The notes beneath the pieces are model-generated. The model had not been told where the DNA came from. It searched no databases and saw only the letters and a program-made list of their open reading frames with translations. Source: Verrucomicrobiia bacterium (GTDB taxonomy: Bacteria; Verrucomicrobiota; Verrucomicrobiia; Limisphaerales; UBA1319). From it: DNA of 64,000 nt. The stretch covers positions 3,232,001 to 3,296,000 of the forward strand of contig OY760937.1 in the NCBI GenBank assembly GCA_963664225.1, written 5' to 3'. Positions 29,670 through 39,679 of this stretch are shown here, piece after piece (the first letter of the stretch is position 1; every line of letters begins with the position of its first letter). Both the position numbers and the translations under genes were made by a program.

Positions 29670-30851
29670 ATGACGATTTCCGAATTACTGTCGGACGAGG
29701 CGCTGAGGCAGCGTGAATTTCCGGTGACACGCGAGAAAGTCTTTCTGGCGCATGCCGGGGTTTGCCCATTGCCGGCGCGGGTGGCGGGCGCCATCAGCGC
29801 CTACGCCGGCCAATGCACGCTGGGCGATCAGGAGACGCTGGTCCCGGCGTTTCGCATGAACACCACGCGGGAACTGGCCGCGCGGCTGCTTCATGCGAAA
29901 GCCTCGGAAATCGCCTTCGTCGGGCCCACATCGCTGGCGCTGAGCTTCGTGGCCACAGGCCTGCAATTCAAGCGGCACAACAATGTGGTGGTCTATTACG
30001 ACGATTACCCCTCGAACGTTTACCCCTGGATGGCGCTGTTCCATAAGGGCGTGGAAGTGCGTTTCCTCAACATTCGCGAGGTGGGCAAGATTCGTCCCGC
30101 CGATATCATCGGACAGGTGGACGAACAGACCCGCGTGGTGGCCCTGGCCTCGAATCATTTTGTGACGGGATACCGTCCCGACTTGAATGCCATTGGCGCG
30201 GCGCTGCACGACCGGGGAATTCTGTTTTGCGTGGACGGCATCCAGACCCTGGGCGCTTTTCCGACCACGGTGGAGAACATCGATTTTCTGGCGGCGGACG
30301 CCCACAAATGGATGCTGGGGCCTTGCGGCGCGGGCATTCTCTACGTGCGCGAGTCGTTGCAGGACTCGCTGAAACCGCAGGTCCACGGTTGGAATAATGT
30401 CCAATGCCCGGATTTCATTGCGCAACCGGAATTGGCGTATCAGCCGGGCGCCCGGCGCTACGAGGCCGGTTCCACGAACATCCTGGGCCTGGTGGGACTG
30501 CATGCGGCTCTGGAATTAATCGAGGAAATCGGGGTCGATAACATTGCGGCCGAACTTCTGCGCAAACGGGAGTGGCTGGTGCCCGCGATTCTGGAAACCG
30601 GGTTCAAGGTTCTCAACACGAACACCCCGCCGTCGGCCATGAGCGCCATCATCGCCCTTTATAATCCGGATCAGGACATGGCGGCGCTGCATCGCAAACT
30701 CGAGGAGGCCAGGATCATCACCTCGCTGCGTTCGACGCGAAATGGCCACAAGTATGTGCGCCTCTCGCCGCATTACTACAACACGGATGAGGAATTGCAC
30801 CGCCTGATCGCAGCCCTCAAAGAATTCAACGCCCAGCCTCCAAAAACCTGA
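29670..30851 (+). CDS. Class V PLP-dependent aminotransferase (cysteine desulfurase-like)
   Basis: FLAHAGVCP, DYPSNVYPW, VDGIQTLG, ADAHKWMLGPCGAG, RLSPHYYN. Confidence 0.9.
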   Translation: MTISELLSDEALRQREFPVTREKVFLAHAGVCPLPARVAGAISAYAGQCTLGDQETLVPAFRMNTTRELAARLLHAKASEIAFVGPTSLALSFVATGLQFKRHNNVVVYYDDYPSNVYPWMALFHKGVEVRFLNIREVGKIRPADIIGQVDEQTRVVALASNHFVTGYRPDLNAIGAALHDRGILFCVDGIQTLGAFPTTVENIDFLAADAHKWMLGPCGAGILYVRESLQDSLKPQVHGWNNVQCPDFIAQPELAYQPGARRYEAGSTNILGLVGLHAALELIEEIGVDNIAAELLRKREWLVPAILETGFKVLNTNTPPSAMSAIIALYNPDQDMAALHRKLEEARIITSLRSTRNGHKYVRLSPHYYNTDEELHRLIAALKEFNAQPPKT

Positions 30852-30860
30852 TCACGCCAC

Positions 30861-31931
30861 ATGCGCGTTGTCCTCGAAAATGTGAGCCACGCCCTCGGCG
30901 CCACTCCGGTGCTCGACGGGGTTTCGTTTGCGATCGAGGATCACGAATTGTTTTTTCTCCTGGGCCCATCGGGTTGCGGCAAGACCACCCTGCTCCGACT
31001 GGTGGCCGGATTTTATCAGCCTGACAAGGGCCGCATTCTTTTTGGCGACCGCGAGATGAACGGTGTTCCCCCGCACCATCGCAACACGGGAATGGTGTTC
31101 CAAAACTACGCGCTGTGGCCGCATTTGACCGTGGCCCAAAACGTGGCCTACGGGCTGGAGGTCCGCGGCATGAGCGCCGCGCAAAAACAGGAGCGCGTGG
31201 CCGATGCGCTGGGCATTGTGCAGATGGAGGCCTATGCGGAGCGCTCGCCCAACCAGCTCTCCGGTGGCCAGCAGCAAAGGGTGGCCCTGGCGCGGGCGCT
31301 GGTGGTTCAGCCGGATGTGCTCCTGCTGGACGAACCGCTCTCGAACCTCGACGCCAAGCTGCGCCTGGAGATGCGCGAGGAAATCCGGCGCATTCACGCC
31401 CGCACCCGCATCACCACGCTCTATGTGACGCACGACCAGAAGGAAGCCCTCTCGATGGCCGGGCGCATGGCGGTGATGCGCGCCGGACGCATCGAACAAA
31501 TCGGCCCGCCGCGCCAGCTCTACCGTTCGCCTGCGAACCGGTTCGTGGCGGATTTCATGGGGGAAACCAATTGGCTGTCCGGCACCGTGACCCAGGCGGA
31601 CGCAAATGGTTTGTCCATACAAACGGGGGCCGGGATATGGAGGGCATCCGCACGGGATGGCATTCAAAAGGGCCAGAAGGTATGGATGGGATTTCGCCCG
31701 GAAGCAGCCCGTCTGGTTGAACCGGGGAATGGCAGCGCGAGTGCCGTCATTGAGGAAACCACGTTTCTGGGCGAGATCGATCAATACCAATTAACCCTTG
31801 CTCCAGACACGCGGATCAAGGTCTTTGAGCAAAACGCCCCCGAGGGCCGCCAGCCGGGCGCCACGGTTTGTGTCCATGTCGCCCCCGAGCATCTCATGAT
31901 CTTCGCGGCGGAAGAACAATGTAAGGTTTGA
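30861..31931 (+). CDS. ABC transporter ATP-binding subunit (PotA/FbpC-like, with TOBE domain)
   Basis: GPSGCGKTT, LSGGQQQRVALARAL, LLLDEPLSNLD, YVTHDQ. Confidence 0.95.
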   Translation: MRVVLENVSHALGATPVLDGVSFAIEDHELFFLLGPSGCGKTTLLRLVAGFYQPDKGRILFGDREMNGVPPHHRNTGMVFQNYALWPHLTVAQNVAYGLEVRGMSAAQKQERVADALGIVQMEAYAERSPNQLSGGQQQRVALARALVVQPDVLLLDEPLSNLDAKLRLEMREEIRRIHARTRITTLYVTHDQKEALSMAGRMAVMRAGRIEQIGPPRQLYRSPANRFVADFMGETNWLSGTVTQADANGLSIQTGAGIWRASARDGIQKGQKVWMGFRPEAARLVEPGNGSASAVIEETTFLGEIDQYQLTLAPDTRIKVFEQNAPEGRQPGATVCVHVAPEHLMIFAAEEQCKV

Positions 31932-31947
31932 TGACCACATCGAAACA

Positions 31948-32607
31948 ACAAACCCGGAGGGTTTGGAGAAATTAGCCGGTGGTTGAGCGAAGCGACACCA
32001 CCGGTTTGCAAATAAAAAACAACCGCATCCCGGAGGGATGCCAGATTTTGCGCTATGTCTTCGACATACCTGAGTTTGCATTATCATATCGTGTTCTCCA
32101 CCAAGAATCGGGAGAATCTGATCGCGCCGACTTGGAACTCACGGCTTCACGAATACCTTGGCGGGACGATTCGCGGGCTTGGAGGTTATCCCCAGTGCAT
32201 TGGAGGTGTGAGGGATCATGTTCATATCCTTGCGGGTTTTAATGCCGTGCATTCTCTGGCTGAAATAATGCGCGAATTAAAAAAAGCATCTTCAATGTGG
32301 ATTTATCAGGAGATGGCTTTGAAATCGTTCGCATGGCAGGAAGGTTACGCCGCCTTTACTGTAAGCGCTCCCGCCAGCGATGCAGTGCGGAACTACATTT
32401 CCAATCAGGAAGAACACCATCGGATCAAAACATTTCGAGAAGAGTTGTTGGAGATGCTGAAAAGATCAGGTGTCGAATATGATGTGAAATACCTCGATTG
32501 AATCTTCTGCGACCCCTGCCGGGGTCGCGTCCGATAACGTTGGTATCCGGGGGTGTCGGTCGAGGACGACTTAACCCCCGGCTAATCGCTGGCATCCCTC
32601 CGGGATG
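31948..32607 (+). mobile_element. IS200-like / REP-associated Y1 transposase unit with palindromic flanks
   Basis: Flanking hairpins aaacccggagggttt, ccggtggt...accaccgg, catcccggagggatg, cgacccctgccggggtcg and catccctccgggatg. Confidence 0.75.
32055..32501 (+). CDS. tnpA: IS200/IS605-family HUH (Y1) transposase
   Basis: LHYHIVFSTKNR, HUH motif DHVHIL, FAWQEGY, YISNQEEHH. Confidence 0.93.
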   Translation: MSSTYLSLHYHIVFSTKNRENLIAPTWNSRLHEYLGGTIRGLGGYPQCIGGVRDHVHILAGFNAVHSLAEIMRELKKASSMWIYQEMALKSFAWQEGYAAFTVSAPASDAVRNYISNQEEHHRIKTFREELLEMLKRSGVEYDVKYLD

Positions 32608-32730
32608 ATGGGTAAATCCAGAACAGTGCATTTTTACCATTACCGGCCAGATTGATGGCCTGAAAGTCGAATGTTTTGTCTGCCGTAACAGCGCAATCAC
32701 CCCGCAGTATTTGACGGCCGGATCGGAAGA

Positions 32731-32827
32731 ACAAACCCGGCGGGTTTGAAGAAATTAGCCGGTGGCGAGCGAAGCCACACCACCGGTTGACGAATATAAA
32801 AACAAGCTGCATCGCGGAGGATGCCAG
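32731..32827 (+). repeat. Solo diverged copy of the tnpA left flank
   Basis: acaaacccggcgggtttgaagaaattagccggtgg...ggaggatgccag closely matches 31948-32044. Confidence 0.85.
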
Positions 32828-32830
32828 TTA

Positions 32831-34054
32831 TCAGACCTCGTCGAGAAGGTGGGAGAACATGCCGTCGCGCAGCTTGGGTTCAAACCAGGTGCTCTTGGGG
32901 GGCATGATGCCGCCGCCATCGGCGATGGCCATCAATTCCTCGATGCCCGTCGGATACATGGAAAAGGCGCACGCGCACGCGCCACTATTGACCAGCTTCT
33001 CCAATTCCGCAGTGCCACGAATGCCGCCAACGAATTGAATGCGCTGGCTGGTGCGCGGATCGTCGATGCCCAGCATGGGGGCCAGCACATGCCGCTGCAA
33101 AAGACTCACATCGAGACGGTCAATGGGATCGGGCGCCTGGGTCAAAGCTTCGCGGAAGACCAGTCCGTGCCATTTTCGCTGAATGAACAGGCCCACCTGA
33201 TGCGTGCGCGTGGGAGATGGAGCCGCCGTTTTCTGAAATTCAAACACCGTTTCCAATTCCTTTAGAAACGCCTCCGGGGGGCGGCCATTCAAATCCTTCA
33301 ACACCCGGTTGTAGGGGAGGATTTGCATCTGGTTATGCGGAAAGATCACGCTCAGAAACCATCCGCTGGAGCCCGCGCCGTGTCGCGCCTGCCACACCCG
33401 CCAGGCAGCCGCGCTGCGATGATGGCCATCGGCGATATAGAGGGGATTGATGCCCGCGAACTCTTTTTCAACGTGCTCGATCACCGCCGGTTCCTTGATG
33501 ACCCACGCCTGATGACGCACCCCGTCCGGGGCGACAAAATCGATGTCCGCCTGGTCCGTGGCGATCTTCGCGAAAAGCGCGTCGAGCGCGGGCCGCGCGC
33601 GATAGGTCAGGAAGACGGGTCCGGTCTGGGCGTCCAGGGCGTCGATGTGATTGACGCGGTCCTGCTCCTTGTCGGGGCGGGTCAGCTCGTGTTTTTTGAT
33701 CACGTTCGCGCCGTAGTCCTCGCAACTGGCCACGGCCACCAGTCCCAGTTGGGAATGCGCGCCCATGACCTGGCGGTACAGGTAGAAACAGGGCGTTTCC
33801 TCGCGCCGCAATGCGCCGGTGACGGATAGTTTTCGGAAATTCTCGCGACCCTTGGAATACACCAACGGATCATGCACATCGATTGTGGCGGGCAGGTCGA
33901 TCTCCGGTTTGCTGACGTGCAGGAAACTGAGCGGATTGCCTGCGGCCATGACGCGGGCCTCGTCCGAGGACATCACGTCATAGGGCAATTCACAAATCCT
34001 GGCGGCCAATCCGGGATTGGGCCGCAACGCGCGAAATGGTCTGATGTGCGACAT
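32831..34054 (-). CDS. DUF1015-family protein
   Basis: IRPFRALRP, LPYDVM, IKKHELTRPDKEQDR, YIADGHHRSAAA, MPPKSTWFEPKLRDG. Confidence 0.92.
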   Translation of the reverse strand: MSHIRPFRALRPNPGLAARICELPYDVMSSDEARVMAAGNPLSFLHVSKPEIDLPATIDVHDPLVYSKGRENFRKLSVTGALRREETPCFYLYRQVMGAHSQLGLVAVASCEDYGANVIKKHELTRPDKEQDRVNHIDALDAQTGPVFLTYRARPALDALFAKIATDQADIDFVAPDGVRHQAWVIKEPAVIEHVEKEFAGINPLYIADGHHRSAAAWRVWQARHGAGSSGWFLSVIFPHNQMQILPYNRVLKDLNGRPPEAFLKELETVFEFQKTAAPSPTRTHQVGLFIQRKWHGLVFREALTQAPDPIDRLDVSLLQRHVLAPMLGIDDPRTSQRIQFVGGIRGTAELEKLVNSGACACAFSMYPTGIEELMAIADGGGIMPPKSTWFEPKLRDGMFSHLLDEV

Positions 34055-34123
34055 AAATTCGGGGACAACCCTACGCGGAAATGTTGAGCCGCGCATCAGG
34101 AAAATACGGGCTTAAAATGTTGA

Positions 34124-34138
34124 GGGTGCAGGACAAAA
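34124..34138 (+). repeat. Solo MITE-family TIR (copy D)
   Basis: gggtgcaggacaaaa is identical to the TIR at 56160-56174. Confidence 0.65.
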
Positions 34139-34218
34139 CTCCATCGCTCCATTTGGACGTTGAAAAATCCGGGTCTTCGCCTAAGGGTATGGGGATTGTA
34201 ACAACACGAGGTGTGATT

Positions 34219-35364
34219 ATGGATAATTTTGAATATCAGAATCCGGTAAAAATTGTTTTTGGAAAAGAGGCCATTGCCAAACTCGGCGAATTGGTTCCCG
34301 CGCGGCGCAAGATCCTCATGACCTACGGCGGCGGGTCGATCAAGAGCAACGGCGTCTTTGCCCAGGTTAAACAGGCCCTGGCTGGCCGCACGCTGATCGA
34401 ATTCGGCGGGATCGAGCCGAATCCCCGTTACGAGACCCTGATGAAGGCGGTGGAAATCTGTCGCGAGAAAAAGGTGACCTACCTGCTGTCCGTGGGCGGA
34501 GGGTCGGTGCTGGACGGCACGAAATTCATCGCGCTGGCGGCTCAATACACCGCGGGCGATCCCTGGGACATCCTGGCCAAAAACGCGCCGGCCACGGAGG
34601 CCCTGCCCATCGGCTGCGTTTTGACGCTGCCCGCCACCGGCTCGGAAATGAATTGTTTCTCGGTGGTCTCCCGGGAATCGACCCATGAGAAACTCGCGTT
34701 TGCCAATCCGCTGGTGTTCCCGCAATTTTCGGTGCTCGATCCAGAGACCACGTTCACGCTGCCGGTGCAGCAGACGCGCAACGGTGTGGTGGACGCCTTC
34801 GCGCATGTGATGGAGCAATACATGACGCGTCCGGCGAGCGCGCCGCTGCAGGACCGCCAGGCTGAGGCCATCCTGCACACGCTGGTGGAGGAAGGCCCCA
34901 AAGTGCTCGCCACTCCCGAGGATTACGCGGCCCGCGCGAATATCATGTGGTGCGCCACGCAGGCTCTCAACGGGCTGATTTCCTGCGGCTTGCCCCAGGA
35001 TTGGACCACGCACATGATCGGCCACGAAATCACCGCGCTGCACGGGCTGGACCATGCGCAGACGCTCGCCGTGGTCATGCCCGCGGTTTGGAAGCATCAG
35101 AAGCAGGTGAAATCCGCCAAGCTCGCGCAGTACGGCAAACGCATTTGGGGTGTGGATGGCGCCAACGCCGCAGACCTCGCCATCGAAAAAACCGAGGGCT
35201 TCTTCCGCTCGCTGGGCGTGAAGACCCGCCTCTCGGAATATGGCGTGGACGGGAAGAACTTCGAGGAGATCGGCAACCGCATCGAGAAGCGCGGTCTCAA
35301 GCTGGGCGAGAACCAGGCGATCGGCAAAAAGGAAATCATCGAGATTCTCGAGCTCTGCAAATAA
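34219..35364 (+). CDS. Iron-containing alcohol dehydrogenase (YqhD/BdhA-like)
   Basis: YGGGSIK, GGIEPNP, GGGSVLDGTK, TLPATGSE, THMIGHEITALHGLDHAQTL. Confidence 0.94.
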   Translation: MDNFEYQNPVKIVFGKEAIAKLGELVPARRKILMTYGGGSIKSNGVFAQVKQALAGRTLIEFGGIEPNPRYETLMKAVEICREKKVTYLLSVGGGSVLDGTKFIALAAQYTAGDPWDILAKNAPATEALPIGCVLTLPATGSEMNCFSVVSRESTHEKLAFANPLVFPQFSVLDPETTFTLPVQQTRNGVVDAFAHVMEQYMTRPASAPLQDRQAEAILHTLVEEGPKVLATPEDYAARANIMWCATQALNGLISCGLPQDWTTHMIGHEITALHGLDHAQTLAVVMPAVWKHQKQVKSAKLAQYGKRIWGVDGANAADLAIEKTEGFFRSLGVKTRLSEYGVDGKNFEEIGNRIEKRGLKLGENQAIGKKEIIEILELCK

Positions 35365-35409
35365 ACAATTCGCATGTCCAGGAACCATCGGGATAAGCCC
35401 GCGTAAAAT

Positions 35410-36387
35410 ATGAAAATTCAAGGTCTCTTCGTGGCGTTGGTTTTTTGCGCGCCGATGGTTCCCGCGCAGGAGGAGACCCTGGATCTCAATAACCTTATTA
35501 CCGCGGGCAAGGAATGGGCGCAGGACAATCTGGATGATCGCGTGCTGGGCGCGCTGGGCAATGTCGATGAGGCGAAAGTGGGTGAATTCCTCAATGTCTT
35601 TCAGAAGGAACTGGCGGGGGATCGCGTTCTGGACCTCGCGGCGCTCCGAACAAAGGCCACCCTGTTTTTGCCGCTGTTGGAGTCCCATCCCCAGACGCAG
35701 CCCTATGCCAAATGGCTCAAGACCCGCATGGATTATTTCACGGCGGCGGAAACTCTGAAACAACGCAGCGCGGCGGTGACACCCGCCAAACCCACCACGC
35801 CCTCCACCAAGCCCACAAAACCGACCAAGCCCGTCACTCCTTCACTGCCGGTGGCGAATCCATCCGCGGAAGCCCAGCGGCAGGTCTGGCGCGAGCAACT
35901 GGCCAAACGCCCCGCGCCCGTTGAAGCCCAGCCGATGGTTCCCCGGCTCAAGACCGTGTTCAACGCGGAGAAGACGCCGTCACAATTGGTCTGGCTGGCG
36001 GAAGTGGAGTCCTCGTTCAATCCCTCGGCACGGAGCCCATCGGGCGCCACCGGTCTTTTCCAGATGATGCCCGCCACCGCACAACGCCTGGGCCTGTCGT
36101 TACGACCGCAGGACGAGCGGGTGAATCCCGAGAAAAGCGCCCACGCCGCCGCCCGCTATCTGAATTATCTGCATGGCAAGTTCAAGAACTGGCCGCTGGC
36201 CCTGGCCGCCTACAATGCCGGGGAGGGCAATGTTCAGAAATTGTTGACCAAACATAACGCCAAAACATTTGATGGCATCGCCACGCATCTGCCCGCTGAA
36301 ACGCAGATGTATGTCCCCAAAATCGATGCCACGCTGCAAAAACGGGAGGGCGTGAGCCTGGCCCAATTGCGCGCGCCCCGGGCCTAA
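35410..36387 (+). CDS. Lytic transglycosylase (SLT / MltD-like catalytic domain)
   Basis: Signal peptide; EVESSFNPSARS, GATGLFQMMPATA, ALAAYNAGEG, ETQMYVPK. Confidence 0.92.
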   Translation: MKIQGLFVALVFCAPMVPAQEETLDLNNLITAGKEWAQDNLDDRVLGALGNVDEAKVGEFLNVFQKELAGDRVLDLAALRTKATLFLPLLESHPQTQPYAKWLKTRMDYFTAAETLKQRSAAVTPAKPTTPSTKPTKPTKPVTPSLPVANPSAEAQRQVWREQLAKRPAPVEAQPMVPRLKTVFNAEKTPSQLVWLAEVESSFNPSARSPSGATGLFQMMPATAQRLGLSLRPQDERVNPEKSAHAAARYLNYLHGKFKNWPLALAAYNAGEGNVQKLLTKHNAKTFDGIATHLPAETQMYVPKIDATLQKREGVSLAQLRAPRA

Positions 36388-36404
36388 GCAATGACCTGCG
36401 TACC

Positions 36405-37568
36405 ATGACCTCGAACCCGCAAAAACCGCTGCGCGTTCTGATCGTCCCCGACAAATTCAAGGGCACACTGACCGCGTCGGAAGCGGCCGAAGCCATCGCG
36501 CGCGGCTGGCGGCGCATTCGCCCGAAGGACCACCTGACACTGTGCCCGATGAGCGATGGCGGGGACGGATTCGGGAGCGTGACCGGGCAGGCCCTTCACG
36601 CGGAAAAGCGAACCACCATCACCGTGGATGCCGCGCATCGGCCCCTCAAAGCCACCTGGTGGTGGTCGGCGAAAACCCGCACGGCGATTGTCGAATCCGC
36701 CCGGGTCATCGGCCTGGCGCAGTTGCCGCCGGGGCGTTATCACCCTTTTGATTTGGACACCGCAGGCCTGGCCGCTGTGTTTCAGGATGCGGTGAAACTG
36801 GGAGCCCGGAAGTGCTGGATCGGCATCGGCGGCAGCGCCACGAACGACGCCGGCTTCGGTCTGGCGCGCGCGCTGGGCTGGAGTTTCTGGACGCGACAGG
36901 GCGCGCCCATCGAACGCTGGACCGATCTGCATCGGCTGACGTGGGTCGAATCCCCTGAGTCCCTCCGACTGCCCGAGCTGCATGTGGCGGTGGACGTGCG
37001 CAACACCCTGCTGGGAGTGCATGGCGCGTCGCGGGTCTATGGACCGCAGAAGGGGCTGACCCCTGCCGATTTTCCGCTCGCCGAGAGCTGTTTTAAACGT
37101 CTGCGCAAGGTGATGCGGGATTACCATGGCGCGGACCTGGCGCGGGAACCCGGAACCGGTGCGGCGGGAGGTTTGGGCTTCGGATTGCGCGCATTCCTGA
37201 ACGCGAAGCTGGAGTCGGGATTCGAGGTGTTTGCGAGTGCGACCAATTTGCGCGCGGCTGTGAAATCGGCGGACCTGGTGCTGACCGGCGAAGGTGCAAT
37301 CGATGCCTCCACGGTGATGGGCAAGGGCGTGGGGGAAGTGGCGCGGCTGTGCCGGAAAAGCGGCGTGCCGTGTTTTGGCCTCGGGGGCGGCACCGAGAGA
37401 ATTCCGAAAGTGGAGAAGGCGTTCACCTCCGTGTTTGGAATCGTCCCCGATTTGACCAGCCTGCAGGAGGCGAAAAAACGGCCTGCCCATTGGTTGGAAA
37501 AACTGGCTGGAGAAGTTGGCGGCGCAGGTGGCAATCCGTGTGCGATGACGAAAAAAAAGACCCTGTAA
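36405..37568 (+). CDS. Glycerate kinase (GlxK family)
   Basis: PDKFKGTL, PMSDGGDG, GIGGSATNDAG, GTGAAGGLG, LTGEGAID. Confidence 0.93.
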   Translation: MTSNPQKPLRVLIVPDKFKGTLTASEAAEAIARGWRRIRPKDHLTLCPMSDGGDGFGSVTGQALHAEKRTTITVDAAHRPLKATWWWSAKTRTAIVESARVIGLAQLPPGRYHPFDLDTAGLAAVFQDAVKLGARKCWIGIGGSATNDAGFGLARALGWSFWTRQGAPIERWTDLHRLTWVESPESLRLPELHVAVDVRNTLLGVHGASRVYGPQKGLTPADFPLAESCFKRLRKVMRDYHGADLAREPGTGAAGGLGFGLRAFLNAKLESGFEVFASATNLRAAVKSADLVLTGEGAIDASTVMGKGVGEVARLCRKSGVPCFGLGGGTERIPKVEKAFTSVFGIVPDLTSLQEAKKRPAHWLEKLAGEVGGAGGNPCAMTKKKTL

Positions 37569-37582
37569 AAACAGGGTCTCTC
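37551..37582 (-). terminator. Rho-independent terminator after clpX (possibly bidirectional)
   Basis: aaaaaaaagaccctgt-aaaa-acagggtct hairpin with a U tract on the minus strand. Confidence 0.8.
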
Positions 37583-37603
37583 GTTAAATCATTAAAACAG
37601 GTT

Positions 37604-38896
37604 TTACGCCGCAGCCTGGTCCTGCTTGAGATGCATGATCGGCTTGCTTTCGCCGGTGACGGCCTGGCGCGTGATGGTCACCGAGACCACGTTCTTGTTG
37701 CTGGGCACCTCGTACATCACCTCGAGCATCAAGCGCTCGATCAGACCACGCAGGGCGCGGGCGCCGGTTCCCTTCTTGATCGCCTGGGCGGCGAGTTCCT
37801 TCAAGGCGTCCGTTGAAAATTCCAATTCCACATCCTCCAGCGACATCAGCTTGATGTACTGCTTGGTGAGCGCGTTCTTGGTGTCGGTAAGAATGGTGAC
37901 CAACTGTTCCTCGGTCAGTTCATCCAGAACGGTGATCATGGGCAGGCGGCCGATGAACTCGGGAATGAACCCGTAGTTGAGGAGATCCTCCGGCTCGACC
38001 TTGTGCATGATTTTATGCGTGTCCAGCGCGGCGGTCGCCACACCCTGTTCCGCTGCGGAAAATCCCATCACGCGATTGCCCAGCCGCCGCTGAATGATCT
38101 TGTCCAGACCGACAAACGCGCCCCCGCAGATGAAAAGGATGTTCGTGGTATCGACGCGAATGTATTCCTGCTGCGGATGCTTGCGTCCGCCCTGGGGCGG
38201 CACGTTGCAAATGGTCCCCTCGAGGATCTTGAGCAACGCCTGCTGCACGCCCTCGCCCGAGACATCCCGCGTGATGGAGACGTTCTCGGTTTTGCGGGCG
38301 ATCTTGTCAATTTCATCGATGTAAACGATGCCCATCTGGGCGCGTTTGACATCGTAATCGGCATTCTGGAGCAGCCGGAGCACGATATTCTCCACATCCT
38401 CGCCCACGTAGCCGGCCTCGGTGAGTGTGGTGGCATCGGCAATGGCAAAGGGTACATCCAGGGCCTTGGCCAGGGTGCGCGCCAAAAGCGTCTTGCCCGA
38501 GCCTGTGGGGCCGATCATCAGGATGTTGCTCTTCTCGATATCCACGCCGTCATGACGCGTCGGAGCCGGAGCTTCCGCACCCTCCGGCACCGCCGGGGGC
38601 TGGATCGACTGGATGCGCTTGTAATGATTATGAACCGCCACCGCGAGGGTCTTCTTGGAGAAATCCTGACCCACGCAGAAATCGTCCAGCCGATGCTTGA
38701 TGTCCGCGGGCCGCGTGAGCTTCAGCTTGAAGGCCGGTTTCTTGGTGTCGGCGGCGGCCTCCTTGTCGAGGATGGTCTTGCAATAAACAATGCACGCGTC
38801 GCAGATGAAAACGCCCGGGCCGGAGATCAGTTTTTTGACCTCGGCGTGCGACTTGCCGCAGAAACTGCACAGCGTAAGATTGGTGGGACGAGCCAT
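37604..38896 (-). CDS. clpX: ATP-dependent Clp protease ATP-binding subunit
   Basis: CSFCGK zinc finger, [31 protein letters not shown]. Confidence 0.98.
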   Translation of the reverse strand: MARPTNLTLCSFCGKSHAEVKKLISGPGVFICDACIVYCKTILDKEAAADTKKPAFKLKLTRPADIKHRLDDFCVGQDFSKKTLAVAVHNHYKRIQSIQPPAVPEGAEAPAPTRHDGVDIEKSNILMIGPTGSGKTLLARTLAKALDVPFAIADATTLTEAGYVGEDVENIVLRLLQNADYDVKRAQMGIVYIDEIDKIARKTENVSITRDVSGEGVQQALLKILEGTICNVPPQGGRKHPQQEYIRVDTTNILFICGGAFVGLDKIIQRRLGNRVMGFSAAEQGVATAALDTHKIMHKVEPEDLLNYGFIPEFIGRLPMITVLDELTEEQLVTILTDTKNALTKQYIKLMSLEDVELEFSTDALKELAAQAIKKGTGARALRGLIERLMLEVMYEVPSNKNVVSVTITRQAVTGESKPIMHLKQDQAAA

Positions 38897-39597
38897 TATC
38901 GTGACGTGGTTGAGCCGGAGGAGGAACCGGCGGCTGGTCCGTTATCCACCTGGGGGGCTGGGCCGCCGCTCAGGTCCGTGGCGCGGGCGTCCGCCAAAGC
39001 GGGGATTTCCTTGCGCGATTTCACCACTTCATCCACCAGGCCGTAATCGCGGGCCTCTTCCGGGGACATGAAATTATCGCGATCGCAATCCTTCTCCACC
39101 TGCTCAATCGGCCGTCCGCAGTGGTGGGCGATGATCTGGTTCAGGCGCTGCTTGAGCCGCAGCATGTATTTGACGCGGATTTCCACATCGCTGGCGGGGC
39201 CTTCCGCGCCGCCCAGGATCTGGTGGATCATGATGTTCGAGTTGGGCAGGGAGAACCGCTTGCCCTTGGTGCCGCCGCACAGCAGCACCGCCCCCATGCT
39301 CGCGGCCTGGCCGATGCAATAGGTGTTCACATCGCAGGTGAGGAACTGCATGGTGTCGTAAATGGCCAGTCCGGCGGTGACGCTGCCGCCCGGGGAGTTG
39401 ATGTAAAGATGAATATCCTTCTTGGGATCGGTCATCTGCAGGAACAACAACTGGGCAATGACCACATTGGCCACCATGTCGTCCACAGGCGTGCCCAAAA
39501 AGACAATACGGTCCACCAACAGCCGGGAATAAATATCATAACCGCGTTCTCCGCGGCCCGTCTGCTCCACCACCATGGGTACGAGAAAATTTTGCAT
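38896..39597 (-). CDS. clpP: ATP-dependent Clp protease proteolytic subunit
   Basis: [33 protein letters not shown]. Confidence 0.98.
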   Translation of the reverse strand: MQNFLVPMVVEQTGRGERGYDIYSRLLVDRIVFLGTPVDDMVANVVIAQLLFLQMTDPKKDIHLYINSPGGSVTAGLAIYDTMQFLTCDVNTYCIGQAASMGAVLLCGGTKGKRFSLPNSNIMIHQILGGAEGPASDVEIRVKYMLRLKQRLNQIIAHHCGRPIEQVEKDCDRDNFMSPEEARDYGLVDEVVKSRKEIPALADARATDLSGGPAPQVDNGPAAGSSSGSTTSR

Positions 39598-39623
39598 CGT
39601 GCGTTAATTATTAACTGAGAACA

Positions 39624-39652
39624 AAACTACTGGAGGGGGTCCGAAGCGTCAA
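39624..39652 (-). promoter_or_regulatory. Putative sigma70 promoter of clpPX
   Basis: TTGACG-N17-TAGTTT on the minus strand. Confidence 0.6.
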
Positions 39653-39679
39653 GCGCGGCACAAGGCGCCCAAATGGGTT

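Noticed and set aside
35781..35840. PAKPTTPSTKPTKPTKP repeat in the lytic transglycosylase
   Set aside because: An ordinary low-complexity Pro/Thr/Lys linker.
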